This document shows positions 30,521 to 41,110 of a DNA stretch of 64,000 nucleotides, one piece after another. A program made the position numbers and the translations under genes. Each line of letters begins with the position of its first letter. The first letter of the stretch is position 1. This stretch comes from Candidatus Kapaibacterium sp. (lineage in GTDB: Bacteria > Bacteroidota > Ignavibacteria > Kapaibacteriales > UBA2268): the NCBI GenBank assembly GCA_028376765.1, contig JAONBD010000002.1, positions 9,930-73,929 of the forward strand, given 5' to 3'. The notes below the pieces were generated by a model, which was not told the origin of the DNA, did no database searches, and saw nothing but the letters and a program-made list of their open reading frames with translations.

Positions 30521-31408
30521 TTATTTTAATTGTATTTTCCTATTTATTAAGTTCTCAATTTTAATAGATAAATACCCAAATAATACCCCTGCAATTAAAT
30601 CAATAACATAATGATACCTAAGATATACAGTTGATATAATAAGACTTATACCTATAAATAAAATAAGATATTTTAATTTACTATTATATTTAAACGCAAC
30701 AAATATATTAATAATGGTCATCATAGTATGCCCGCTTGGGAAACAGTCCCTATTCACTTGGATACTTGGGTTTAAATTAAAATTTAATATTCCACCACCA
30801 TAATCTACCATATTTCTTATATATTCAGTAAAGAAAAGCCCGGGCAATTCATTATTTATCATTGAATATTCATGGAGAGTAAATCTTGGTCCAATAGCTG
30901 GAATAAATAAATATAATATAAATGAAAATAAGAACCCGAATATCATATTCCTAAGCAAGTATTGAAATTCAAATTTGCTTTCTCTCATTAAATATTCTAA
31001 AGCTTGGAGAATTGGCAAAACATAAAAAAGCAAGTAAGCTATTTGCAAATATTCTGTTAAAAATGGGTTCGAAATCGTCGCTAAATATTCAGTTGGATTT
31101 AAACCGAAAATTGATTTATCGATATTGATTAACACACTATCTAGGTCGGTGCTATGAAGCTTTTTTATTAATGGCTTTATATTATTATAGATAATATAAA
31201 TAGGAACTATCAAAAAAATATATCTTAATAAATTATTAGCTTCCTTTTTCCTAAATAAATAATTCATCAGGCAAATATAAACAATTGAAAGCATCATTAA
31301 TACTGGGAAAACAAACTCAATTTGTAAAATAATGCTTAATACTAATAGAAGCATTGAGCAGGTAAGTATATAAATTTCTGTGATACTAAATTGAAGTTTC
31401 TTTATCAT
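30521..31408 (-). CDS. PAP2 superfamily membrane protein (PAP2_3 / inositol-phosphorylceramide-synthase-like)
   Basis: Polytopic membrane protein with PSGHT and RYHYVIDLIAG (HxxxD) motifs. Confidence 0.6.
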   Translation of the reverse strand: MIKKLQFSITEIYILTCSMLLLVLSIILQIEFVFPVLMMLSIVYICLMNYLFRKKEANNLLRYIFLIVPIYIIYNNIKPLIKKLHSTDLDSVLINIDKSIFGLNPTEYLATISNPFLTEYLQIAYLLFYVLPILQALEYLMRESKFEFQYLLRNMIFGFLFSFILYLFIPAIGPRFTLHEYSMINNELPGLFFTEYIRNMVDYGGGILNFNLNPSIQVNRDCFPSGHTMMTIINIFVAFKYNSKLKYLILFIGISLIISTVYLRYHYVIDLIAGVLFGYLSIKIENLINRKIQLK

Positions 31409-32144
31409 TTAATATCTGATATAATTCTACAAATTCGTCACAATTTAACTGTTCAGCCCTTTTGCTTTTATAATTTGCAGGCAGAGCTCCATAACTTTTT
31501 AATGAATTTCCAAGCTGTTTTCTTCTTTGATTAAAAGCTGCTTTTACTAATGTTGCAAATGGTTTGAAATCTAAATTATATTTATTGTGAAATTTTATTT
31601 CAATTATTGAAGATGTAACCCGTGGTCTAGGATAAAAACACCTTGGTGAAACATCGAACAGCTTCTTTGATGACCCAACAAAATTAGTTAGAATAGATAA
31701 AATGCCGTTTTCTTTGCTGCCAACCTTGCCATTTATTCTGTCAGAAACTTCTTTCTGAACCATAAAAATACATTTACTAGGTTTTTTTTCCCATTCATAA
31801 ATTTTAAAAAGTATGCTACTTGTTATATAGTAAGGTAAATTCCCTACTACCTTATAATTATGAATTTCATCAGGAATATTATATTTTAAGAAATCAGCAT
31901 TAATTATATTAATATCACTAAACTTATTTTCAAGATATTCCTTTGCTCTTTCATCTAATTCAATGCCTGAATAGTTTACCTTATGTTCTAAAATATATTC
32001 AGTAAGAGCCCCCATACCAGGACCAATTTCAAAAATATTATCATTTTCGATAATATCAATAGATTGGACAATTTTATTAATGATATTCTTATCAGTCAAA
32101 AAATTTTGTCCAAGTGATTTGATTGGTCTTAGTTTTTCTGTCAT
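31386..32144 (-). CDS. rsmA: 16S rRNA (adenine1518/1519-N6)-dimethyltransferase
   Basis: Motifs LGQNFL and EIGPGMGALT, then GNLPYYITS. Start taken at ATG 32144, which forms an ATGA overlap with the upstream HIT gene's stop. The listed ORF extends to 32186. Confidence 0.9.
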   Translation of the reverse strand: MTEKLRPIKSLGQNFLTDKNIINKIVQSIDIIENDNIFEIGPGMGALTEYILEHKVNYSGIELDERAKEYLENKFSDINIINADFLKYNIPDEIHNYKVVGNLPYYITSSILFKIYEWEKKPSKCIFMVQKEVSDRINGKVGSKENGILSILTNFVGSSKKLFDVSPRCFYPRPRVTSSIIEIKFHNKYNLDFKPFATLVKAAFNQRRKQLGNSLKSYGALPANYKSKRAEQLNCDEFVELYQILNDKETSI

Positions 32145-32647
32145 TTGCCTTTTATTTTTAAAAATGCATCTTTTAATTTCTGCCAAGATTCTTCCATTGA
32201 TACAGATACCAGTTTAATATCTGCAACAGTAGAAATAAAATTGGTATCGCCATTCCACCTTGGAACAATGTGATAATGTAAATGTTGTGGTAAGCCTGCT
32301 CCGCCTGCATCACCAATGTTTACTCCAACATTATAACCATGAGGACTATAAACGGATTTAATTACTTTAATTGAATCCATTAAAGCTTTATTTATGTTAT
32401 TATACTCATCTTCTTCAAGCTCGTCTATATCAGAAACTTGTCGGTAAGGTGCAATTAATAAATGTCCATTGTTATAAGGGTATTTATTCATCAATACAAA
32501 ACATAGCTCTCTACGCTCAACAACTAAAGACTCTTTATCGTTTTTACTTTCTATAGCTAATTGAATAAATGTCTTATCAGATTTATCTTCTTCTTCTGAA
32601 AAACTTTCAATATATTTTGATCGCCAAGGTGAAAATATTTTTTTCAT
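32141..32647 (-). CDS. HIT family protein
   Basis: Histidine triad HLHYHIVPRW and N-terminal FSPWRSKYI. Confidence 0.8.
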   Translation of the reverse strand: MKKIFSPWRSKYIESFSEEEDKSDKTFIQLAIESKNDKESLVVERRELCFVLMNKYPYNNGHLLIAPYRQVSDIDELEEDEYNNINKALMDSIKVIKSVYSPHGYNVGVNIGDAGGAGLPQHLHYHIVPRWNGDTNFISTVADIKLVSVSMEESWQKLKDAFLKIKGK

Positions 32648-32652
32648 ATAGT

Positions 32653-32680
32653 AAAAAAAAAGTCTCCCATAAGGAAGACT
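32653..32680 (-). terminator. Intrinsic terminator downstream of the 286-aa barrel gene
   Basis: The minus-strand RNA forms AGUCUUCC-UUAU-GGGAGACU (8 bp including one G.U) followed by U9. The U-tract ends 5 nt before the HIT start codon. Confidence 0.65.
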
Positions 32681-32704
32681 TCTTAAATTTATTATTAAAT
32701 AAAA

Positions 32705-33565
32705 TTAAAATGCAAATCTCACATCAGTACCAATTTGGAATGCACTTACTCTCCATTCGTTCTGATCTTCGTTAACTAAACTTGTAAGACCATAATTGTA
32801 GAACATATGTGGTACAATTAAAAAACCTGGGAAACTAAATTCATATTGTAAACCAAGTTTTAGACCAACTCTTAATCCGGCAGCACCAGCAATATCTTCT
32901 CCACCTTCTTGACCAAACTGCAGTGTTTTAGCATCAGGATAAAACCAATCAGGTTCAATCTGATTTGGTACCTTAATAAATTCTGCATTAGAAGGAGATG
33001 CAAGCTTCATTTGCTGAACGTCTGTAGCAGTCATTGTAAAATCAAAAGCTAAACCAGCAACAGCTCCAATTGGTGTACCAGCTATATTCATTTTATAAAG
33101 AACCTCACCAGATATTACAGAATAGTCTATTTCTCTTGTAAAGTTGATTAATGTCTGTGTTACTTGCTGACCTGCTGGCTGATTAACATTACCATTGAAA
33201 GAAGTTGGCAATTGATCACCTTCTTTCTCCACAAAACCTGGATAAGTAGAGTACAATAGTTTTGCAATTATTGAAGATGTAGAATTTTTTGCTCCACCCA
33301 ATAGATATTCGAATGCAACACCAACATAAAATCCATTTTCTGAACCATCTTCAAAATTAGGACAATCTATAGAGTTATTCTGAGTTTGGATTACTTGCTG
33401 TGTTCCTGCGTGAGATACTGCGTTGTATCCAATTACTGGACCAATGTAGATTGGCTTGCTAACTTGACCCGGGTTAAGTGGATCGGCTATTTGTGATGAA
33501 GCATAGTTAGACATTGCCAAAATCAGAAACGGCAGTAGTAGTTTTATTAGTATATTTTTGGACAT
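32705..33565 (-). CDS. Outer-membrane beta-barrel protein, family not recognised
   Basis: Signal peptide, alternating beta-strand pattern and a C-terminal aromatic (..DVRFAF). Begins 10 nt downstream of the stop of the 1372-aa gene on the same strand. Confidence 0.5.
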   Translation of the reverse strand: MSKNILIKLLLPFLILAMSNYASSQIADPLNPGQVSKPIYIGPVIGYNAVSHAGTQQVIQTQNNSIDCPNFEDGSENGFYVGVAFEYLLGGAKNSTSSIIAKLLYSTYPGFVEKEGDQLPTSFNGNVNQPAGQQVTQTLINFTREIDYSVISGEVLYKMNIAGTPIGAVAGLAFDFTMTATDVQQMKLASPSNAEFIKVPNQIEPDWFYPDAKTLQFGQEGGEDIAGAAGLRVGLKLGLQYEFSFPGFLIVPHMFYNYGLTSLVNEDQNEWRVSAFQIGTDVRFAF

Positions 33566-33575
33566 TTGTACCCCT

Positions 33576-36500
33576 TTAATTCGATATTGTTATTATTCTA
33601 TTTTTAGTTAAGTATTTTGTTTGAAAAGTTAAAAAGTAATTGCCATTAGGCAATCCATTCAATTCATAATATAATAAATGTTCTCCTTTATTTACAAACT
33701 TTTTTTCAAAAGTGGAAACAACGGCACCTTTTATATCTGTAAATAACACATTTACATAAGTTTGATTTGGTGTTTCAAAGTCTAAAATCAGTCTGTTCGA
33801 TTTAATATCTACTCTTGCATCTAACCCATCGTCAGCCGCAACAATTGGTCTTAATTTGTAAGCACAGACTCCTTCTAAATCAAGCTTAAACGAACGGTTT
33901 AATGGCAGAAAGCACTCATCTGAGCTTACTTCAAATATTAAATCTGTTTCGTAATAGGTTGCAAGCAAGAAAAGAAACGGAAGTTCAAACTTCACCAATG
34001 TATGTTCAGTAATATCAATATTAATTTGCTCTGGTCTGAATTCAATTTCGTTTTCAGTTTGAAATCCATTCATTTGAATAGTTTCAACAATAGTGTTATT
34101 GTCGTATAAAAACAGTTCAAAGTCATCTTCAATTAAATGCATCAATTTCGAATCTGCCTGCAATTTCATACTAAAATCAACATTTTCATTTACTGAATAA
34201 GGAAATTCAAATTCGAATCCGATTGTTCCTTCATCCTTTATTGTAAATAGAAAATCTGGATCTGGACCATCAATTATTTCTTCATCCAGAGTTATTAATT
34301 TTGAAATTGAAATATTTAATGTTGTATCTAAACCAATTGGCTTTGCTTCAATTTCAAGCTTTATTTCTCTTTCGTCTTGTTTATTAATTAACAAACCAAA
34401 CTCAAAATAATCACTAGTGTTAGCTTTAATAATTTGTGGAAGATTTAAGTTATCAAATGATAGATCATTATTTGAAATAACTTCAATGTTTAAAATTTCA
34501 ATATCAATATTTCCAGTATTATTCAAAACTAGTTCATACGTCTCTTCTATACAAGATTTAATTAATGAGTTACCATTCAGTTCTGCTGATAATTCTGGAA
34601 TTTCTTGATCGAAAACAGTGTAACAAATAAGCGATGATTCAACAATTGTAGGTTCTTGGTTTGGACCAGTATTTGGGTTTTGGTATTCTGTTTCTATATA
34701 AATCTTATAAACATCTTGCACTAATCCCGTTACCAATAAATCAATTTCAATTGATTCCCCTACTTGAAGCTCCTGACCAATGTATTCTGAAACATTTAAT
34801 AATTGGAATCTAGCATCAGGTAAAGAATAAAAGAATGGATTTCCTAAGTTGAGTCTAGAAATTTCTGAAAGCTTAATATCATTAATAGTTACCGGTACAT
34901 CACCAGTGTTTTGTATTATGGTAAAGTTATTGATATACTCTGTATCAGCTATCAAAGTATCATTATTATTACAATTTTGGATTGGAGTAATTTCATTTGT
35001 AATAGCTATACCTTTTGAATGGAAATAGATTTCTGGATGTAAGTCCCAATTCGTATCAAAAAGTGCATCTATTGTAAAAGTTCCTGTAGAATTAGGTTCA
35101 AAGAATACTTCAAACTCAAAATCAGCACCAGGTTCTATATCAACATTAATATTCTCAATAATATTTTCTGAGCTAGTGGAATAACTATTTAATTGAGTAT
35201 AATTGATGAAATTAAGTTCACCCCCAATATTACCATTGTTAGTAAACTTAAATTTTTCGGATTTTATTTCACCTAACCAGTTAGTACCAAAATCATGTTC
35301 GATTGATTCAAATAGAGGAGCAACCCCTCTGCCTAATAATCTATCGCTATCGTTTAGCTCTATTAGATTATTATTAAATGTAGAACTCCCATAAATTGTA
35401 ATATCAAGTGAGTAATCATTTCTCAACTCTGGTAGGAAAGTAGCCGATAAACTTATTTGCTCGCTAGGTGAAATTGATTTTTCACTTAGACCCGTTGTAT
35501 CAATTACAAAAATATTTGATTGATCAAAATCTAATCTTTCTAAATTAACTAGCTCATTACCAGAATTACCAATTAAAATATCACCAATTTTTTCATCGCC
35601 CAAATAAACATCTTTAAAATCGTATCCTGAAATTACTAAAGAAGGATTTTTAATATCATAGTAAAATTGGGTTGTAGATTGAACATCACATTCAAATAAA
35701 GCTGAAATAGTTTTAGAGTTCTCTCCAATTTCATTATCTGAATTTACTTCAATTTGAAACACCAATTCTTCTTTGGGTTTCATTTGGTAGCTTAGTAAAA
35801 TAGGGTTTAAGATAGTGATTTCATTAGGAGTTATAATATCAATTAGCTCAAGCACTCGGTTAGAGTTATTTGTGACAGAAAATGTTGTAGAAATAATTTC
35901 ATTTGGTAAATAATCTCCAATATCATTTTTAGTATCAATGTCAATATTTATTCCTGTATAGCTAAATGAATAAGTAGATGTATTGTTTAAATAGTCAACA
36001 AATGTAGCAGAAAAATAAGCTGAATTTTTCAAATTAGGAACAGATCCTACAAGGTTAGCACCATTAGTTTCAAAGTTAAATTCTTCTTGAAATTCGATAT
36101 TGAAATTTTTACTTTTATCAATAATCATCTCAAAATAGCCTGTGTCAAACTCATGATTATCCGTTATTTGTACTTCAAATTGACCACAATTTTCATTTAC
36201 CGTTAGTTGTGGTGGTATCGAATCCGATTGATTTTGATTCCTAATACTGATTCCAACATTGTGAGCATACGAATCATAAATCCCAATTCCATAATTTAAA
36301 CAAGTAAACTTTCCAGCTTGTGAGCTAATGAAATGAGCACCTGGTTGTACAGGAATATTAGCTAAGTAGTATTTTTTGTTTTCAGATTCAATTTCTGCGA
36401 CGATAGCTAGTTCAATTACATCACTTCTTAATCGCATAAAATCTAGTTCAATATCGTATGCGGCTGCTTCTTCCATTAAAATTGTAATTTGGTGTAATTC

Positions 36501-37694
36501 GTATTGCTGATCTGATTGATAGAAATCTCCACATCTGTTGGCAGAAAATCCATTATAGTTTTCATCGATTGTATATTCAGGAGTTTGGAAGAAAGTACTA
36601 TTAATAAATAAATCTAATGGGTTTAATAGCATCAGTGCCGGATCAAAAAATACTTCGCAAATTTTTTCTGGTATTCTAGCCATGGAATGCATAATCTGAA
36701 CTGGCTCATTTGATTTCCAAACTGCAGGCAGATTATAATAAACTGAAGTACTTTCTAATTCATTAAGCTCTATTAAGTCAATTTCTCCATCACTGGTAGT
36801 AATTGTTACTGAAGTATTATTGTTAGTTGCAAGGATTTTAAAATGGTTATCACCAGCATAATTTAGCGGTACACTTACAAAGTTCTTACCAAAAGAATTT
36901 GCTGGGGTTAACATCTCTACAATGTGATCTTTGGAGTTAGCAGCACCCGATAAATTCTGCGGTACAGATGTTCTCATGTGTCCAGTAACTATTCCAAGTG
37001 GTTTGCTACTTTTGATTGAGGTTCCAGTAAGATCATTATCACCCCTATTTTGCATTATCTCACTTGATCCCAATAAATAAGATTCACCATTATTTAGGGT
37101 TACATTTACTTTTTCACCTTTTAATCCGCTTCTAGTATCTGCACTCAAATCTATTTCAATTTGGTTATTATCCTGAGAAGACATAATTAAAACCTCTCCA
37201 GTACGAGATACATTCCAGTTTTCGGTTAAATCATCTTCAAGGTAGTGATCATTTCCCATTGTGGAAACATAATATTGCTTACCCCATGTGTGAACTGGAT
37301 AAACTGTGTACATATCTGAACTAAGTGATCGTGTGGAATATGCATAAACTGTAACAGGATTATCGGCTACAATTCTATACAACATATTGTTCATAACCGT
37401 TTCAAAATTCCTGTGCTCATAACTGCGAGATACATTTATACTAACACTTGAAAATGCAGGAATAAACTTCCTCTCTTCCGTATTATCTGGATGGATAATC
37501 GTTATGTTTGTGCTTTTCCTAGCTCCAATAAAAATTTGCTGATACAAAGCTGCATTATTGCTCTGTGCAATCTCATTTTTAAGGAAACCTACCATGAAGT
37601 ATCTACCTTCTTGGCTTGAAAAGACTTGATTTTCTTGGGCCTCTATGCTTACAAAAATCATTAGTATTATTAGTATGAGCTTTCTCATTAACAT
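33576..37694 (-). CDS. Giant (1372 aa) secreted protein with an IgGFc-binding-like N-terminal domain, multiple Ig/ASH-like beta-sandwich repeats and a T9SS-type tail
   Basis: Signal peptide. N-terminal pattern GRYFMVGFLKNE...ITIIHPD...RIVADNPVTVYAYS...GKQYYV...DLTGTSIKSSKPLGIVTGH. Repeated F..V.LG......F.I.N.GN units. C-terminus NVLFTDIKGAVV...NGNYFLTF. Confidence 0.55.
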   Translation of the reverse strand: MLMRKLILIILMIFVSIEAQENQVFSSQEGRYFMVGFLKNEIAQSNNAALYQQIFIGARKSTNITIIHPDNTEERKFIPAFSSVSINVSRSYEHRNFETVMNNMLYRIVADNPVTVYAYSTRSLSSDMYTVYPVHTWGKQYYVSTMGNDHYLEDDLTENWNVSRTGEVLIMSSQDNNQIEIDLSADTRSGLKGEKVNVTLNNGESYLLGSSEIMQNRGDNDLTGTSIKSSKPLGIVTGHMRTSVPQNLSGAANSKDHIVEMLTPANSFGKNFVSVPLNYAGDNHFKILATNNNTSVTITTSDGEIDLIELNELESTSVYYNLPAVWKSNEPVQIMHSMARIPEKICEVFFDPALMLLNPLDLFINSTFFQTPEYTIDENYNGFSANRCGDFYQSDQQYELHQITILMEEAAAYDIELDFMRLRSDVIELAIVAEIESENKKYYLANIPVQPGAHFISSQAGKFTCLNYGIGIYDSYAHNVGISIRNQNQSDSIPPQLTVNENCGQFEVQITDNHEFDTGYFEMIIDKSKNFNIEFQEEFNFETNGANLVGSVPNLKNSAYFSATFVDYLNNTSTYSFSYTGINIDIDTKNDIGDYLPNEIISTTFSVTNNSNRVLELIDIITPNEITILNPILLSYQMKPKEELVFQIEVNSDNEIGENSKTISALFECDVQSTTQFYYDIKNPSLVISGYDFKDVYLGDEKIGDILIGNSGNELVNLERLDFDQSNIFVIDTTGLSEKSISPSEQISLSATFLPELRNDYSLDITIYGSSTFNNNLIELNDSDRLLGRGVAPLFESIEHDFGTNWLGEIKSEKFKFTNNGNIGGELNFINYTQLNSYSTSSENIIENINVDIEPGADFEFEVFFEPNSTGTFTIDALFDTNWDLHPEIYFHSKGIAITNEITPIQNCNNNDTLIADTEYINNFTIIQNTGDVPVTINDIKLSEISRLNLGNPFFYSLPDARFQLLNVSEYIGQELQVGESIEIDLLVTGLVQDVYKIYIETEYQNPNTGPNQEPTIVESSLICYTVFDQEIPELSAELNGNSLIKSCIEETYELVLNNTGNIDIEILNIEVISNNDLSFDNLNLPQIIKANTSDYFEFGLLINKQDEREIKLEIEAKPIGLDTTLNISISKLITLDEEIIDGPDPDFLFTIKDEGTIGFEFEFPYSVNENVDFSMKLQADSKLMHLIEDDFELFLYDNNTIVETIQMNGFQTENEIEFRPEQINIDITEHTLVKFELPFLFLLATYYETDLIFEVSSDECFLPLNRSFKLDLEGVCAYKLRPIVAADDGLDARVDIKSNRLILDFETPNQTYVNVLFTDIKGAVVSTFEKKFVNKGEHLLYYELNGLPNGNYFLTFQTKYLTKNRIITISN

Positions 37695-37712
37695 AAAATT
37701 AACATTTTTATA

Positions 37713-38993
37713 CTATTCTGCAATTATTTTTTTTTGAGGATATATTAATTTCTTCTTTAAAGGTGGAGATACATCCCATTTAAATGAAGGTAAATAGAAA
37801 TCTTTTTCTTTACCTTGAGTCATAAATTCTGGTAGTGTTTTTACTTCTGGGCTTTCTCCTCCATTTTTACCCTTAAAGAAATTCATATCAGTAGCTTCAT
37901 TTTCTTCAAATAAAATATCGATATTTTCAGAACTACAAACATTAGCACCATCTGGATTCTTATCTTCATTCATTATAAAGTGAAGTAACTTGGACTTTCC
38001 CTTTGCGAACATCCCATTTACTTTCTGATCTTCAAAGTCAATTGAAATAGTATCTCCTGACATTTGATTCTTTCGAGATATAAAGACTGAATCTTCTATT
38101 GATACCGAAATTGAATTATTAACAGCTTTTATACGGCTTAGCTTTGTACCATTCATAAATATATTTATTGAATCTCCAAATAGTTGAGAATTGTCATAAA
38201 AAATTACTGAAGAGCCTAGCAGATACGTTAGCTCTTCTTTTTCATAAACAAATAAACTATCAGATTTACCTCTTATTTTTTCTCTGTAAATTTCTACACT
38301 ATCAAAAAAATAGAATTTAGTATCATCAATTTCACGATAAGCTTCCATTCTTTTTGATATAATAGATAAGGTATCTAGTTTCATATTATCTGTAGTGTCA
38401 ATTAGAAATAATTCTGGGTTACCGTAAGAAAAAGTTATCTTTGATTTCCCGTAGTTTTCAATTGTATCTGCCTTCAGATATACATTTTCATTCTTACCCC
38501 AAAGAAAAACATCTCCGTAAGTATAGCTTACTTCATCAATTCGATGATGAATCAGTCTATTACAATAAATTCTACTTGTATCATCATCTATTAAAACATT
38601 TCCTGAAAATATTGCTTTTTTAAATATTGAGTTGTAAGTACCTTTATCACCTTCAAGAATAGTTTCTCTATCAACAATCTTTATTTTAGCGGGACTATTG
38701 GTAATCTTTGTATTTCCATTATATATCATTTTTTCGGAGAATACAGTCAAGCTATCTTGATGAACCTTCACACGACCCATCAGCTCAGCAATATTAGAAT
38801 TGAAATAGTAAATAGCAGAATCGCATTCAATAAAAATTGAATCCTGCCACATATTTACATTTCCAATTAATCTTCTACCTTGACCAAAATTGTTATTAAA
38901 GCCTTCTAGTCTATCAGCAGTGTAATCTAAACCATTTTCCTTTGAGATTACAAAGCAGTAGCATAATATCATTATAAATATAATTTTATTCAT
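37713..38993 (-). CDS. OstA/LptD-N-terminal-like repeat protein
   Basis: Signal peptide. Repeated A....Y......L.GNV.....D....CD units typical of OstA-like domains. Confidence 0.45.
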   Translation of the reverse strand: MNKIIFIMILCYCFVISKENGLDYTADRLEGFNNNFGQGRRLIGNVNMWQDSIFIECDSAIYYFNSNIAELMGRVKVHQDSLTVFSEKMIYNGNTKITNSPAKIKIVDRETILEGDKGTYNSIFKKAIFSGNVLIDDDTSRIYCNRLIHHRIDEVSYTYGDVFLWGKNENVYLKADTIENYGKSKITFSYGNPELFLIDTTDNMKLDTLSIISKRMEAYREIDDTKFYFFDSVEIYREKIRGKSDSLFVYEKEELTYLLGSSVIFYDNSQLFGDSINIFMNGTKLSRIKAVNNSISVSIEDSVFISRKNQMSGDTISIDFEDQKVNGMFAKGKSKLLHFIMNEDKNPDGANVCSSENIDILFEENEATDMNFFKGKNGGESPEVKTLPEFMTQGKEKDFYLPSFKWDVSPPLKKKLIYPQKKIIAE

Positions 38994-39039
38994 CTATTTG
39001 TCACACTAATATTAAAACTTATTTCTGAATACATCGTTA

Positions 39040-40860
39040 ATGCGTAAAAATAAAAACAAACTGTCTATGTTAAAAATATTATCAATTTTCATCTTATTAA
39101 CTTCCCTTGTATTTACTCAGGACAAGAAATACGAATTTGCAAAATCTTATTTAGATAATGGGCAATTTGAAGATGCAGCTAGATTATTTAATGAATTATA
39201 TTTAGAAAACCCAAATGATCAGAAAGTTGTTGAGGGGTTAATATCAAGTTTGTATTCAACTAATAAATATTCAGAACTGCTACCAATATTAGAAAAATAC
39301 TCTCCAACTACAAAAGATCCTGGCATTGAAGCACTACTAGGTGATGTTTATTGGAAAAATTCAAATATAGAAAAAGCAAAATCAACATGGGACAATACAC
39401 TTAAAAAATATAATAAAAGAGTTGATGCCTACAAAGTTGTAGCTTCTGCACAATCAAGGAATAGACTTTTTGATGATGCAATTCAAACATATTTGACAGC
39501 AAGAAAAAATCTAACAGACAAATTAATTTTTTCTGATGAACTTATTAAACTATATATCTCTCTGGGCTACTATGAAGATGGAAGTAAAGAGACAATTAAT
39601 GGTCTTAATATAAATAGATCGGTACCAACAGCACAAGGTCGCTTTTATGCTTTAATGTCTACTGAAGGTGCGACAGAATTCATTGGTACTTTTCTAAAAA
39701 ATCTTGCTGATAACAATAGTAAGAATTTGGTTTTTCAAGATTTACTTGCTTGGTATTTTAATACAACGAAGAATTATACCGACGCATTTGAAGTATATAA
39801 AAGATTAGACCAACTTAGAAATTCTAAAGGCGGTACAATCTTCAAGTTTGCAGAAACATCAAGAAAAGATGCCAATTACAACTCGGCATTGATAGCTTAC
39901 GAATATATTATTGATAATAAATCAAGTTATGATAGATATTTAGCTAAAGCTCTTTTTGGTTACGCAAGAACTTTAGAGGAAGAAATGGATTCCAAGAAAT
40001 TTATTTCTGAAAAAAATATAAATCGCATTATAAAAAGGTACGAAGAAATAATAGATGAGAATCCAAAATCTCCATTAGCAGAAGAAGCTTTTTTCAGAAT
40101 AGGAACAATCTTCAAAGACAATATTAATGACTATGATAAAGCTCTAGAATATTTTAACAAGCTAATTAATATTTTTAAAAATACCGAAAAATCAGCTTAT
40201 GCAATTCTCAACATTGGCGACTTATATTTGTTAAAAGGTGAATTGAAAAATGCAACTGATACTTATTTAAAAGTTTTAAGCAATTATCCATCTGGAATGA
40301 AAAACCCAAGATTTAAAGCCTCTTACAATTTAGCTAGGGCATATTATTATCAAGGAAATTCTGAAAAATCTCTTGAGAACCTACAGCCTCTACTAGCCAT
40401 TCAAAATGAAAATATTGCTAATGATGCCATTCAATTGACTTACTTAATTGCAGAGAACAAGGATTTTACAGAAGCAGCAGATTCCTTAGGTAGAGCTGAC
40501 TTTCTTTCAATAACTGCATTAACAATTAAAGACAGCTTAGATGTAGAAAATGCTTACTACAACATTAATAAAAAGTTCCCAGCAACTCCAGCATCTGAAA
40601 GGGCTTATTTGAACCTTTCTAAATTTTTCATCAAAAATAACCCACAAAAAACAATTAGTATTATTGATGATTTCTTATATTTATTTCCGAGCTCAATTTT
40701 GATTGATGAAATGCTTATTATGAAAGCTAAATCATTTATTGCTTTGGGAGATAAACAGGAAGCACAGGATACATTTAGTAAGATATTAATCGACTACCCC
40801 GATTCTATATACCTACAAGAAGCAAGAGATTCAATAAGGAAACTTAGAGGCGAATTTTAA
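39040..40860 (+). CDS. Tetratricopeptide-repeat protein, secreted or periplasmic
   Basis: Signal peptide and numerous TPR-like A..Y..G......A...F units along its 606 aa. Confidence 0.65.
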   Translation: MRKNKNKLSMLKILSIFILLTSLVFTQDKKYEFAKSYLDNGQFEDAARLFNELYLENPNDQKVVEGLISSLYSTNKYSELLPILEKYSPTTKDPGIEALLGDVYWKNSNIEKAKSTWDNTLKKYNKRVDAYKVVASAQSRNRLFDDAIQTYLTARKNLTDKLIFSDELIKLYISLGYYEDGSKETINGLNINRSVPTAQGRFYALMSTEGATEFIGTFLKNLADNNSKNLVFQDLLAWYFNTTKNYTDAFEVYKRLDQLRNSKGGTIFKFAETSRKDANYNSALIAYEYIIDNKSSYDRYLAKALFGYARTLEEEMDSKKFISEKNINRIIKRYEEIIDENPKSPLAEEAFFRIGTIFKDNINDYDKALEYFNKLINIFKNTEKSAYAILNIGDLYLLKGELKNATDTYLKVLSNYPSGMKNPRFKASYNLARAYYYQGNSEKSLENLQPLLAIQNENIANDAIQLTYLIAENKDFTEAADSLGRADFLSITALTIKDSLDVENAYYNINKKFPATPASERAYLNLSKFFIKNNPQKTISIIDDFLYLFPSSILIDEMLIMKAKSFIALGDKQEAQDTFSKILIDYPDSIYLQEARDSIRKLRGEF

Positions 40861-41093
40861 TCTTACTTTGCGATTTAGTTACATTTCATTAAATATCAAC
40901 GTTATTTTTTCAGCTCAAAACAACCACAAAAAACCTATATTTTCTAAAAATATTATTGTATCGGCAGGTTTTATTAAAAATTAAGTATTTTTACTTAGTT
41001 ATTTTGTGGAAAAATATATTAATTTTACATTGTTGCAAACTGCTTGAATGTCAATACCATAACTCCTACCAACTTAGCAGCACAAAGAAATAA

Positions 41094-41110
41094 TTGGCAT
41101 GATGTTTGCG
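41094..41110 (+). promoter_or_regulatory. Sigma-54 (RpoN) -24/-12 promoter candidate
   Basis: TTGGCATGATGTTTGCG against consensus YTGGCACGrNNNTTGCW. GG is at 41096-97 and GC at 41108-09, giving correct spacing. It lies in a 420-nt intergenic region in the correct orientation, ~170 nt upstream of ATG 41281. Confidence 0.6.
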
